From an uncultured delta proteobacterium (GTDB lineage: Bacteria; Desulfobacterota; Desulfuromonadia; Desulfuromonadales; JACZKF01), in NCBI GenBank assembly GCA_963816395.1, contig CAWFKQ010000005.1, forward strand, positions 96,001-160,000: a stretch of 64,000 nt of DNA. Direction: 5' to 3'. A program made the position numbers and the translations under genes. The stretch's first letter is position 1. Every line of letters starts with the position of its first letter. Below the pieces are notes generated by a model. The model was given only the letters and a program-made list of their open reading frames with translations. It did no database searches and was not told where the DNA came from. Shown here piece by piece: positions 25,144-37,050 of the stretch.

Positions 25144-26832
25144 TTATTTGGCTCCGATAATCGCCTTCGTCACATTGAAGGTATGATCACCGATCTTTTC
25201 GAAATTATGCAGCATGTCTATGTAGATGAGCCCCTGCTGAACTCCACACTCGCCGGTATTGAGACGGGAAATGTGGTTGTTGCGGAGGAGGTTTTCCAAC
25301 TGATCGATGCCCTCCTCCATGTAATCGGCCTTCTGGCCTATGGTCCGGTCGCGCCGTTCCATGGCGGCAATTACGAAATCCAGGAAATCACGGGTTTTCC
25401 CGGCCAGTTCCTGAATTTCGCCGCCGGCGACATCGGAAAAGATGACCTTCTGCGTTTTTTTGCGCTGGGTGAGCAGCCAAAGGTTTTCGCAGTGGTCACC
25501 GACCCGCTCAAGGTCGTTGACCATGTGCATCATCGAGGCAATATCTCTGGACGTCTCCTGGGTGATCGACATCTGGGAGAGCGCCACCAGGAAATCTGTG
25601 ATTTCCTTCTGCAGAAGGTCAACCATGTCCTCTTTCTTCTCCAGGCCGGGAATCCTCTTTTCATCCATATCCTGCATGAAAAGGACGGTTTCATCCAGCA
25701 TGTCCAGGCAAATCTGGGCCATCCGCTTGGTTTCCGCCCGGGCCTGGCCCAGCGCAATCGGCGGAGTGTTCAGCACCCGGGTATCGATAAACTGGAGATG
25801 GAATTCGATCTCCTCTTCTTTGCCACGGACAAGCATGGTCGCCAGCTTGGCCAATAATCCGACAAGAGGCAGAAATATGATGGTATTTATTATGTTAAAA
25901 AGGGTGTGGGCATTAGCGATATGGCGGGCAATAAACGGCTTGTCGCCAATAGTCGCCGCCATGCTGGCCGCCTGCTGCTGAGTCTGAACGACGAAATCGG
26001 GGTTGCCGGGTGTGATGGCGGTTACAATGTGCAGAAAAAGGGGGAACAGCAGCAGCATGTAGGCAACACCGATGATGTTGAAGAGAAAGTGGGCCAAGGC
26101 AGTCCGCCGGGCCGCCAGATTGGTGCCGATGGCCGCCAGGTTGGCAGTTATGGTAGTGCCGATATTTTCCCCGAGAATAAGGGCAACGCTGGCGTCGAAG
26201 GTCAGCAGGCCTGTGGAGGCCAGGGCGATGGTGAGGCCGATGGTGGCGCTGCTGCTTTGGACGATGATGGTCAAAACCGCCCCAATCAACACGCCAAGCA
26301 GATGGTTGTCGCCGATAGCCAGGAAGAAATTCCGGAACTCAGCGCTTCCCCGGATCGGCTTGAAAGCATCCTCCATGTTGGTCAGGCCATAGAAAAGAAT
26401 ACCGAAACCGAGGAGGATCTCGCCTATGTAGACCCATTTTTTATTGCGGGAGAAAAGTTTGAGGCCGGCGCCTATTCCGATCGCCGGCAGGGCGTATTTG
26501 GTGATCTTGAAGGCGATCAACTGGGCGGTCACGGTGGTGCCGATGTTGGCACCGAGGACTACCCCGATCGACTGCACCAGGGACATTAAGCCGGCGTTGA
26601 CGAAGCCAACCACCATGACCGTGGTGGCGCTCGAGGACTGGATGATGGCGGTCACCGCCAGGCCGACCAGGGTGCCGATGATCCGGTTGTTGGTCAGGGC
26701 CGCGAGGATCTGCCGCATCCGGTCGCCGGCCACTTTCTGCAGCCCTTCGGACATGATTTTCATTCCGAAGAGAAAGAGGCCGAGACCTCCAATCAGGCCG
26801 AAAAGCATCGACTCGTTGAGCAAAACGGACAT
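25144..26832 (-). CDS. Na/Pi cotransporter family protein with C-terminal PhoU-like domains
   Basis: Two QSSSAT repeats, GANIGTT/GENIGTT, DLERVGDH, FEKIGDH. Confidence 0.93.
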   Translation of the reverse strand: MSVLLNESMLFGLIGGLGLFLFGMKIMSEGLQKVAGDRMRQILAALTNNRIIGTLVGLAVTAIIQSSSATTVMVVGFVNAGLMSLVQSIGVVLGANIGTTVTAQLIAFKITKYALPAIGIGAGLKLFSRNKKWVYIGEILLGFGILFYGLTNMEDAFKPIRGSAEFRNFFLAIGDNHLLGVLIGAVLTIIVQSSSATIGLTIALASTGLLTFDASVALILGENIGTTITANLAAIGTNLAARRTALAHFLFNIIGVAYMLLLFPLFLHIVTAITPGNPDFVVQTQQQAASMAATIGDKPFIARHIANAHTLFNIINTIIFLPLVGLLAKLATMLVRGKEEEIEFHLQFIDTRVLNTPPIALGQARAETKRMAQICLDMLDETVLFMQDMDEKRIPGLEKKEDMVDLLQKEITDFLVALSQMSITQETSRDIASMMHMVNDLERVGDHCENLWLLTQRKKTQKVIFSDVAGGEIQELAGKTRDFLDFVIAAMERRDRTIGQKADYMEEGIDQLENLLRNNHISRLNTGECGVQQGLIYIDMLHNFEKIGDHTFNVTKAIIGAK

Positions 26833-27006
26833 GATTTCCTCGTGTTTTGGATGTTGGCTGAGGATCGCCGCGAACGGGGATTAAGCCCGCGAAGGCCCGG
26901 GTGAATATAACCGAGGGATTGATATTTTTCAATGGAAAAGGGGCGAGGACGGGTTGCAATCCCGTTACGCCGGGTAATCAGCGGGAGAATTGGGAAATCT
27001 GTGGGT

Positions 27007-27486
27007 TCAGGATTTCAGGTTGAGGGACCAGAGCAGCATTTCCCTGTATTCATCGTTGCTTTCTCGGACGCGCTGGCTGAATACCCGCATCAGGTTGCGC
27101 AGCAGTTTGAGCGCCAGTTTCGGATTTTCCTCGCAGAACTGGTCGAAATCGTCTTTCCGGATGCTCAGCAGCCGGGCTTTTTCCGCCACCCGGGCGGTGG
27201 CTGAACGTGGTGCTTCACCTATTATGGCCATTTCTCCAAAGACATCCTCGGGGCCGAGAATGACAAGGATCTTTTCCTCTCCCTCCGCGAGCATCCTGGA
27301 GATCTTGATAGTTCCTTCCCTGATCAGATAAAGGGATTCTCCTGGCATGTTCTCAATGAAAACGGTCATCCCCTCCGCAATTTCCTTTTCCTGGAAAATG
27401 GCCGAGAGCCCGTTAAAATCATTTTCCGTCATGCCCGCAAGAAGCGGGCTGTCCTTCAAATTTCTCAATTCGGCTTTGTCGATCAT
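27007..27486 (-). CDS. stand-alone cyclic nucleotide-binding domain protein
   Basis: FGEMAIIGEAPRSATARV phosphate-binding cassette; no C-terminal HTH. Confidence 0.88.
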   Translation of the reverse strand: MIDKAELRNLKDSPLLAGMTENDFNGLSAIFQEKEIAEGMTVFIENMPGESLYLIREGTIKISRMLAEGEEKILVILGPEDVFGEMAIIGEAPRSATARVAEKARLLSIRKDDFDQFCEENPKLALKLLRNLMRVFSQRVRESNDEYREMLLWSLNLKS

Positions 27487-27504
27487 ACGCCCAATTTTAC
27501 AACC

Positions 27505-28029
27505 TCACTCCTTGCTATCTGCCTGTTTCACAAAATCCAGACGGTATTGTACGTAATTTTCGGCCGATTGCCGCAGCTGGAGGATTTCCGAATCCGTCAG
27601 GCTCCTCCGGGGACGCCCGGGAGTGCCCATGACCAGCATGCGTGGCGGAACGACCGTTGCCGGGGCGATTACGGAGCCTGCCGCGACAATCGATTCTTCA
27701 CCGATAACCGCACCGTCAAGCACAATCGCCCCGATACCGATCAGACAGCGGTCACCGATGGTGCAGCCGTGCAGGGTGACACTATGTCCGATCGTCACTT
27801 CGTTGCCGATTAATGTCGGATGGAGGTTGCGGGTGACGTGAATGACCGAACTATCCTGCACGTTGGAGCGGTTGCCTATGCGGATAAAATTGACGTCGCC
27901 CCGGACGACGGCATTGAACCAGACGCTCGATTCATCGCCGATGGTGACCTCCCCAATCAGCTGGGCGCTCTTTTCAATAAAAGCGGAGGGGGCAATCAGC
28001 GGATATTTATCATGATGAGGCAGCAACAT
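27505..28029 (-). CDS. gamma carbonic anhydrase family protein
   Basis: VRGDVN..IG..SNVQD..IH, TIGH..TLHGC hexapeptide repeats. Confidence 0.93.
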   Translation of the reverse strand: MLLPHHDKYPLIAPSAFIEKSAQLIGEVTIGDESSVWFNAVVRGDVNFIRIGNRSNVQDSSVIHVTRNLHPTLIGNEVTIGHSVTLHGCTIGDRCLIGIGAIVLDGAVIGEESIVAAGSVIAPATVVPPRMLVMGTPGRPRRSLTDSEILQLRQSAENYVQYRLDFVKQADSKE

Positions 28030-28177
28030 GCAGAATTTCCGAGGAATTGCGTCCAGCACCTGGCGAGGGAAGTATTTTTGGAAGGTCTATAGCCCTCCAA
28101 AGGGGAGATGCGTATCGAAAGGCGCATGGCGAGCGAAGACCCTACGCCTTCCCCTGCGGCGGAGCCTATGGCTTATG

Positions 28178-28465
28178 CTATTTCTCGTTACTCGTGTTGA
28201 CCCGGTCCCGCAATTCTTTGCCTACCTTGAAAAAGGGGAGCCTTTTCGGATTGACCCGAATGACTTCGCCTGTTTTCGGGTTGCGCCCCATATAGGCTTT
28301 GTAATCCTTCACCATGAAGCTGCCGAAGCCGCGGATCTCGATCCGCCCTCCCTGGGCGAGTTCCTCGGACATGGAATCGAAGATGATGTTGACGATTTCT
28401 TCCGATTTCTTGAAAGTCAGGTTTTTCCGACTGCCCAAAGCTTCTACCAGTTCCGATTTATTCAT
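28178..28465 (-). CDS. ihfB: integration host factor beta subunit
   Basis: MNKSELVE, GRIEIRGFGSF, GRNPKTGE, PFFKVGKELRDRVN. Confidence 0.92.
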   Translation of the reverse strand: MNKSELVEALGSRKNLTFKKSEEIVNIIFDSMSEELAQGGRIEIRGFGSFMVKDYKAYMGRNPKTGEVIRVNPKRLPFFKVGKELRDRVNTSNEK

Positions 28466-28567
28466 TGATGACAAGCCTCCCCTGGGAAGTTGTCTCTGCT
28501 TCTGTTAATCTCCTTTGGCCAGTATTTTTCTTTACTTACAAAGAATATACAAGGGTACCGCGGCGTG

Positions 28568-29869
28568 TCAATAGAGGGCGGGGTAATGAGGATAAGCGTT
28601 CAGCGGGATTTTTCCAGCAATTCCGATCCCTCCCGGCACAGATCGGGATCGAGGCCGGGGGCACTCAAGCGCCTGTTCCAGCAGGGAGATCCCTTCTTTC
28701 CGCCAGCCACAGGCCAGGTAAGCCTGGGCTATGCGTAGTCTCCACCGGGGGTTGCCGGGTTCCTGCCGGAGAGCGCCTTTGAAGGTCTCAAGCGCCTTTT
28801 CGGCATGTTTTCGGTGCCGCAGCCAGAACTCGGCCAGGTGCGGATTTAAACCGCCGCAGCCCGGAGAGGTCAGACGGCTCAAACAATCCTCTGCCTCGGC
28901 CAGGCGACCGCTGCGTTCCAGCAGGTTGGCGGCGAGAAGATATGTCTCCGGGTCAGCGCCGTCGTTTGCCACCGCTTCCAGGGCGAGGTCGAGGGCGGCG
29001 GAAATTTCGCCTCGCCCGGCGAAAATGGCGGCCAGCCGCCCCTGGCAGAAGGCGGTGTTGCTCCCCTCATCCAGCATTCGACGTAAGCGCGCCTCCGCCT
29101 CCCCTACCCGGCCTCGAATGAGATCCAGGTTAACCAGGGTTTCCCGGGCCAGTTCGAGCTCGGGATTGATGGTTACGGCGCGTTCGAGGTCGACGGAAGC
29201 CTCCTCGGAATTACCCATACGGGCCAGGAGGGATCCACGCTCGAAATGAAAAAGGTCATTCCGTTCTCCCGGCGGCACCTGCGCGAAGTTCTCCAGCGCC
29301 TCCGCCTCCTGCCCTTCATGTGCCAGCAGGAAAGCCGTGAGAAAAGGACCTTGCAGGGATTCGTAGCGCGCGGACATCTGATCGGGATAAGCGGACAGGA
29401 GCAGATCGAGACGGGTCCGGTCATCCAGACCGGAGGCCGGCAGCTCTTCCGGCACCGCTACTCTACTGTCTCCGCAACCCTCAGGGCAGCAGCCTGCCGA
29501 ATTATGGTCGACCGTGGCCGGTGGGCCGGGTGAAGGATTCGAAACAGTGGCCGGTATCGATCTCTCCCGCGCTCGTTCCTGCAGGTGGGGATCGTGGGCC
29601 TGGGAGGCCGCCAGGGTGAAATGCTCCCGCGCCCGCACCGGATCACCGGCGTTCAGAAAAGCCTCTCCCTCGGCGAGATTCATCTCGGCCAGCGAATTGC
29701 CGGCGGCGGCCAGCAACTCCTCCATTTCCACTCGCTCCTCGAGGGTAATGGAGGATAGCTGCAGAGATTCTCCCTCCACCAGGGCATCGGCCCAACGCTG
29801 CTGCTGGACGGCTTGCCGGAGGCCGCCAAGACGATGTTTCGGAGCAAATATTTTTTTCAGAAAACTCAT
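28568..29869 (-). CDS. tetratricopeptide repeat protein (probable indel near the C-terminus; true stop may be 28600)
   Basis: Repeated helical A/L/E-rich TPR-like units; Cys patch AGCCPEGCG. Confidence 0.75.
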   Translation of the reverse strand: MSFLKKIFAPKHRLGGLRQAVQQQRWADALVEGESLQLSSITLEERVEMEELLAAAGNSLAEMNLAEGEAFLNAGDPVRAREHFTLAASQAHDPHLQERARERSIPATVSNPSPGPPATVDHNSAGCCPEGCGDSRVAVPEELPASGLDDRTRLDLLLSAYPDQMSARYESLQGPFLTAFLLAHEGQEAEALENFAQVPPGERNDLFHFERGSLLARMGNSEEASVDLERAVTINPELELARETLVNLDLIRGRVGEAEARLRRMLDEGSNTAFCQGRLAAIFAGRGEISAALDLALEAVANDGADPETYLLAANLLERSGRLAEAEDCLSRLTSPGCGGLNPHLAEFWLRHRKHAEKALETFKGALRQEPGNPRWRLRIAQAYLACGWRKEGISLLEQALECPRPRSRSVPGGIGIAGKIPLNAYPHYPALY

Positions 29870-29891
29870 TGGCGATCCAGGGTAAACCGGG

Positions 29892-30458
29892 TCAGATCGT
29901 GGTGAAGGGGGACAGGGTCCAGATGATTTTGGCTTCGTCATCGCCAACGTTTTCCCAGCGGTGCGGAAGATGCGATTTGAAGGAGAGGCTGTCTCCTGGC
30001 TGCAGCAGGTAGGTTTCTCCCGTGATGACCACTTTCATATTGCCCTGTAGAACAAAGAGGAGCTCATCGCCTGGATGATACATGTTCTGCAGCCCGCTTC
30101 GACCCCCTTTGGGCACCGTACAGAAAAAAGAGGTAAACTGCGGATCGCGCAGGCCCGAGGTGAAGGACTCGGTATGCATGTTCCGCTCGTCTTCATAGAC
30201 GTTGGTATCTCTTTTGCCCGGGGTGGAAAAGACGATCTCGTGAGTGGTGACTACCTCTTCCACAAAATAGTTGATGCTTTTGTCGAACACCCCGGCCAAT
30301 TTCATCAGGATTTCCACTGAAGGGATAGTCAGTCCGCGCTCGATGCGGGAGATCATGTTGGAGGAAACTTTGGATTTTCCCGCCAGCTCCTGAATAGTCA
30401 GGTCATTCTTCAAGCGAATGGCCTTAAGCTTTTTTCCGACGATTTTTTTGATCCTCAT
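29892..30458 (-). CDS. XRE-family HTH regulator with cupin domain
   Basis: TIQELA..S.VSSNMISRIERG; cupin HPGDE..SHLPHRW. Confidence 0.92.
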   Translation of the reverse strand: MRIKKIVGKKLKAIRLKNDLTIQELAGKSKVSSNMISRIERGLTIPSVEILMKLAGVFDKSINYFVEEVVTTHEIVFSTPGKRDTNVYEDERNMHTESFTSGLRDPQFTSFFCTVPKGGRSGLQNMYHPGDELLFVLQGNMKVVITGETYLLQPGDSLSFKSHLPHRWENVGDDEAKIIWTLSPFTTI

Positions 30459-30539
30459 ATCATTCTCCGGACGGTGCCGCGATAAAGCGCAGAGAAGAAG
30501 TAGAAAAAATATAAAAATGTTTTATTTTATCAGGACTCT

Positions 30540-31106
30540 TCATTGTGAAACGTTTGGTGCAGGTGAAACGACCCAAAGAACGATCGTCTTCCCGTCGTAG
30601 CGGTTTCGCCATCGATGCGGCAGGGAGGCTTTAAAAACCAGGGAATCCCCTTCCTCGAGTAGATAGGTGTCGCCGTCGATGCTAAATTCCAATCGTCCCT
30701 GCTGGACCAGGGCGAATTCTTCGCCGGTATGCACCATTCCTCCCTCGCCGCTACTCACCCCCTCTTCCAGAGTATCGTAGAAGACCGAGAAACTGGGATC
30801 GCGAATCCCCTGAGTAAGGCTGGTGATCTGGTGTTTATCCTCAAAGAAGAAGATCGGCTCACCCTGCCCTTTGGGCGTGTGGACCACCGTCATTCCCTTC
30901 TCCGCCTCCTCAACGAAATAGTTGATGCTCATGCCGAAGGCACCGGCAAGTTTCATCAGGATTTCCACGGAGGGGGTGGTGAGTCCGCGCTCAATGCGGG
31001 AAATCATGTTGGAGGAAACGCGGGAACGCACCGCAAGTTCTTGAATGGTCATGTCATTCTTCAGTCGTGTCGCCTTCAGTTTTTTCCCGATCAGTTTCTT
31101 TACCAC
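30540..31106 (-). CDS. XRE-family HTH regulator with cupin domain (paralog)
   Basis: Same HTH; cupin HTGEE..ASLPHRW. Confidence 0.92.
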   Translation of the reverse strand: MVKKLIGKKLKATRLKNDMTIQELAVRSRVSSNMISRIERGLTTPSVEILMKLAGAFGMSINYFVEEAEKGMTVVHTPKGQGEPIFFFEDKHQITSLTQGIRDPSFSVFYDTLEEGVSSGEGGMVHTGEEFALVQQGRLEFSIDGDTYLLEEGDSLVFKASLPHRWRNRYDGKTIVLWVVSPAPNVSQ

Positions 31107-31136
31107 GATCGCCTCTCCTGATAGAAATGAAAAGAT

Positions 31137-31165
31137 GTTCTACCATTATCCGGTTTTTCTGTCAA
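31137..31165 (-). promoter_or_regulatory. sigma70-type promoter for the XRE-cupin genes
   Basis: TTGACA-17 nt-TAGAAC on the minus strand. Confidence 0.5.
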
Positions 31166-31212
31166 TACGATATGAGACATCGTCCGGCATAAATGGTATT
31201 TTTTCATTTTGC

Positions 31213-31244
31213 TTGTCAACCTCCACCTAAGACGTGGTTGACAA
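31213..31244. promoter_or_regulatory. BirA (biotin repressor) operator
   Basis: Perfect palindrome TTGTCAACC-N14-GGTTGACAA upstream of bioB. Confidence 0.85.
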
Positions 31245-31297
31245 TTCCCCGAGCCATCTGTAACCTGTGCTCCTTACCCGTTTCGGAGAGGTTCTAT

Positions 31298-33009
<1,712 letters not shown>

Positions 33010-33061
33010 CTTGCTACCTCACAACTTTTGACCTTACCTCACCATCCCACTGATTTGAGCC

Positions 33062-34408
33062 ATGGAAAAAGAAGAAATTCTCCGCCTCGACCGCGAGCAT
33101 GTCTGGCATCCCTGTACACAGCAGAAGGACCATGAGTTCCTGCCGCCGATCCCCATCGCGCGGGGGGCGGGCGTCTACCTGGAGGACATGGAGGGGAACC
33201 GCTACATCGACGGGGTTTCCTCCTGGTGGGTCAATCTCTTCGGCCACAACCACCCGCGGCTGAACCGCGCTTTGCAGGAGCAGGCCTCCCGTATTGCCCA
33301 TCACATCTTCGCCGGCTTCACCCACGGGCCGGCGGTCGAACTGGCCAGCCGCCTCTGTCGCCTGGCTCCAGCCGGTCTGAATAAGGTCTTTTTCGCCGAC
33401 AACGGCTCGGCGGCGGTGGAAGTCGCCCTGAAGATGAGCTTCCAGTACTGGCAGCAGACGGGGCGGCCGGGAAAGACCCGCTTCGTCTCGCTCACCGAGG
33501 CATACCACGGCGAGACCCTGGGGGCGCTGGCGGTGGGCGGCTGCGAACTGTACAAGGAGGTTTACCGGCCGATTCTCCGTGAAGGTTTTCAGGTGGCCGG
33601 CCCCGACTGTTTCCGCTGTCCCTACGGACAGGACCGGGGGAATTGCAACGCCGAATGTTTTGCGCCGATGGAACGGCTGTTGACCGATCGCCACAGCGAG
33701 ATCGCCGCAGTCATCATCGAGCCGCTGATCCAGGCGGCCGCCGGCATGCGCATGTATCCCCCCGTCTACCTGCAAAAGTTGCGCACGCTCTGTGATGCCG
33801 TGCGGGTACACTATATCGCCGACGAGATCGCCGTCGGTTTCGGCCGCACCGGTCGGATGTTCGCCAATGAGCATGCCGGGGTCGCCCCCGACCTGATGTG
33901 CCTTTCCAAAGGGATCACCGGCGGCTATCTGCCCCTCTCGGTGACCCTTGCTACCGACGAAATTTATCAGGCCTTTTACGACGATTATCACACCCGGAAG
34001 GCTTTTCTGCATTCCCATTCCTATACCGGCAACCCCCTGGCCTGCGCCGTGGCTGTGGAGGTGCTGAATATCTTCGAAGAGGAACGGATCCTGGACACCC
34101 TGCCGCCAAAGATGCGCCTTCTCGATACCTGGGCCGAAGGTTTCGAAGCGCTGCCGCACGTCGGCGAATTCCGCCGCTGCGGTTTGGTGGCGGCGGTGGA
34201 AATGGTTCAGGAGAAAGAAGGCAAGATCCCCTTCCCCTGGCAGGAACGTCGCGGCCTGGAAGTCTACCGCCGGGCACTGGCCAAGGGAGCCCTCCTGCGC
34301 CCGCTCGGGAACGTCATCTATTTCATGCCGCCGCTGACCATCAGTGAAAGTGAGCTGACGCAGTTGCTCACCATTGCCCGGGAGGCGATTGTCGAAACAA
34401 CCGCCTGA
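33062..34408 (+). CDS. bioA: adenosylmethionine-8-amino-7-oxononanoate aminotransferase
   Basis: [42 protein letters not shown]. Confidence 0.96.
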   Translation: MEKEEILRLDREHVWHPCTQQKDHEFLPPIPIARGAGVYLEDMEGNRYIDGVSSWWVNLFGHNHPRLNRALQEQASRIAHHIFAGFTHGPAVELASRLCRLAPAGLNKVFFADNGSAAVEVALKMSFQYWQQTGRPGKTRFVSLTEAYHGETLGALAVGGCELYKEVYRPILREGFQVAGPDCFRCPYGQDRGNCNAECFAPMERLLTDRHSEIAAVIIEPLIQAAAGMRMYPPVYLQKLRTLCDAVRVHYIADEIAVGFGRTGRMFANEHAGVAPDLMCLSKGITGGYLPLSVTLATDEIYQAFYDDYHTRKAFLHSHSYTGNPLACAVAVEVLNIFEEERILDTLPPKMRLLDTWAEGFEALPHVGEFRRCGLVAAVEMVQEKEGKIPFPWQERRGLEVYRRALAKGALLRPLGNVIYFMPPLTISESELTQLLTIAREAIVETTA

Positions 34409-34449
34409 AAGCAGCGACGGCAGCCGATTTCGGCTGCCGTCGCTGTTTC
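34407..34449. terminator. long hairpin between convergent bioA and exeB
   Basis: cagcgacggcagccga/tcggctgccgtcgctg palindrome. Confidence 0.75.
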
Positions 34450-34467
34450 GTCCGCCCAGGATTCTTC

Positions 34468-35131
34468 TCAGATCGCCCGCATGCGGAAGCGGGTCTCCCC
34501 GAAACGGAAAATTACCCCGGAAGAGGTGATCTCCTGCAGCACCAGTCGTTCATTGAACGCCTGCCCTTCCCGCAGAATCAGGCCGTTCAGGCGGATCATG
34601 CGGGCGGCCGGGTCGGTGGTGTAGTAATGCAGGCTGATGTTGAGTTCCGGCAGTTCCCCGCGGATGGCGGTCGGCAGGTCCTGCAACAGGGGGAGCGTCT
34701 CCTGCCGGGGCTGATTGCCGGCCGGCGGGGTGGCCGGGGCGATTTTTGCGGGAGCCGTGCGCGGCAGATCCGCCCAACCGGCCGGGGCGGCCAGGGCGGG
34801 CGGCTTTGCCGGCGGGGACGCGGTCTGCGGTCGGTCGGGAATCCCCTGAGTGGCCACCGGCTGGGGAGCCGCCGGTCGTGGCTGAACGGTCGCTGGCGAT
34901 CCCGCGGCATTTTCTGCTGGCGATGCATTTAATGCCGGCAGGCTGCCAGGGGTGCAGCCACCAGAGCAGACAGGCGGCGTTCGCCAGCAGAACCGCCGAT
35001 AGCATAAACGACCAGCGCCTGCGGCCGCTCGGCTTGCCTGGCGCACCGGCAGGCACCGATTGCAGGTCGGGCAGCTCACCGCGCCGCCGCTCTTCTTCCG
35101 ACTTCTTCAGAGCTTCGAGAATGAAAGACAT
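34468..35131 (-). CDS. exeB: general secretion pathway protein B (ExeB/GspB-like; frameshift ~34925)
   Basis: MSFILEALKKSEEERRRG, TM segment, Pro-rich linker, LPELNISLHYY..RMIRLNG..REG. Confidence 0.8.
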
Positions 35132-35132
35132 T

Positions 35133-36729
35133 CTACCGGTCCTCCGGTAATTTGATCAGTTGCGGCGAACTGCCGCCGAGAGCCGAGTCGAGGTGAATCA
35201 GGGTATTGGGCCCGACCACTCCGTCCGGCGCCAATCCCCGTTCCCGTTGAAATTCCCTGAGGTGTTCCAGCAGGTCCCCTTCCAGTATCATTCCCGACCG
35301 CTTCTTCGCCGGTTCTCTTCGCAGAGCGGCCAATTGCCGTTCAAGCCACGCCACCCCCGGGCCGCGGTCGCCCGGACGAAGGATGCCCGCGAAAGGCGGC
35401 CGGCGCCAGACGACGGAAAATTCCCCCAACCAGCGGTCTTGAAGTTCCTGGATGGGGATAGTCAATTTCTTTCCCTCCAGGACGATGCTCGCCGATTCTT
35501 CCGAGAGCGTCATCAGGGCGGCATGGAACTGCTCTCCCGGGGCGCCGGTCAGAGTCAGCACGGCAGGACGGTTGAGCAGCCGGAGGCTGCCCAGACTCCC
35601 CCGCCGGAACAGGCAGGAAAGGCCGAAGGACTCGGCATACCGGCAGGCCCCGCCCGGTTCCGCCGGCAGGTAGGCCACCCCCCAGGCGGCCAACACGGCT
35701 TGGTAGGCGCTTTCTTCGCTGCCGGCGCCCGCCGGCAGATCGAGCTGCGTCCAGAATGGCTCAGGGACAGCAGCCGGTGCCGGCGGAGGTGGGGATGCAG
35801 CAGTCGCCGGCGCCGGGTTCGGCGGTGTCCCCCGGTCAATCCAGGAGGGAAGAAGCAGCGCCAGGCCGCCGATCAGCAGTAGACTGGCCGCCCAATTCCA
35901 GCGCAGGTGCCGGCGCGGCGCCACCGTCCCGGACCTCGCGGGCTGCCTGATTCAGGAGCCGTAAGGTAACCCGCTCCCGGCCCTGCACATAGGCACCCAG
36001 CAGGGCGCGGTCACAGAGGATGTTGATCCGCCGCGGGATGCCGCCGCTCAGGCGGTAAATCTGCCGGATCAGGCGGTTCGGGAAAAGGGGTTGCCGGCTC
36101 CCGGCCACTGCCAGACGATGGTTGACATATTCCGCAACTTCCCGCTCCGCCAGCGGTTCCAGGTGATAACGGGCAGTGACGCGCTGCGCCAGTTGCCGCA
36201 GTTCGGGACGTGACAGGTGGGTGCGCAGTTCCGGTTGGCCGAGCAGGACAATCTGCAGCAGTTTGCGCCGGTTGGTCTCCAGGTTGGTGAGGAGACGAAG
36301 CTGTTCAAGAACGTCGGCGCTCAGGTTCTGTGCCTCATCGATAATCAGCACGTTTCGTCGTCCGGCAGCGTGAGATTCGAGCAGAAAAGCGTTCAGCCGA
36401 TCGATGAACAGCTTGTGGCCGGTGTTCCCCGGCGGATAGTCGATACCGAATTCGTCACAGATGGTCGCCAGCAGCTCGAGAGTGGAGAGCCGGGGATTGA
36501 TGATGTAGGCAACTCGGGTGTCCGCCGGCAGTTGTTCCAGCAGACAACGGCAGACCGTGGTCTTTCCCGTTCCCACTTCCCCGGTCAGGAGGATGAAGCC
36601 CCCGTCGTGACGGATGCCGTAGAGGAGATGGGCCAGCGCCTCCCGGTGGCGTTCACTCATAAAGAGATAGCGTGGATCGGGGGCGATGGAAAAAGGATTG
36701 TCCTGCAGGCCGAAATGGTCGTTGTACAT
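35133..36729 (-). CDS. exeA: ExeA/GspA AAA ATPase with peptidoglycan-binding domain (frameshift ~35930)
   Basis: PFSIAPDPRYL, TGEVGTGKTT, IIDEAQNL, LGQPEL; C-terminal FQRERGLAPDGVVGPNT. Confidence 0.9.
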
Positions 36730-37050
36730 GGATGGATGGCCTTCGTTCCAGACGGGAATTAAACACTGGCGCGTTTCGATTCGGAAACGAGCAATTTTTC
36801 GCAAGGTCAAGGAAATCAAGGCATTGCGCGGAGGCGTCATCGTACGCCGCACAAGCAAGGCCGCAGATTGACGCAGAGATTGCGAAAAAGGGCCGTTTCC
36901 GGACAGAAACTAATGAATTCCGCAATCATAGCAGCATCCAGGGGAAAGCACAATTGCTTGCCCGACCTCCTGTTTCTTGCAATAACCGCCCACTACGCTT
37001 TACTTGGGGTATATGCAAGGGAGCTGGACCGGCGACGGCGGAAATGGATC

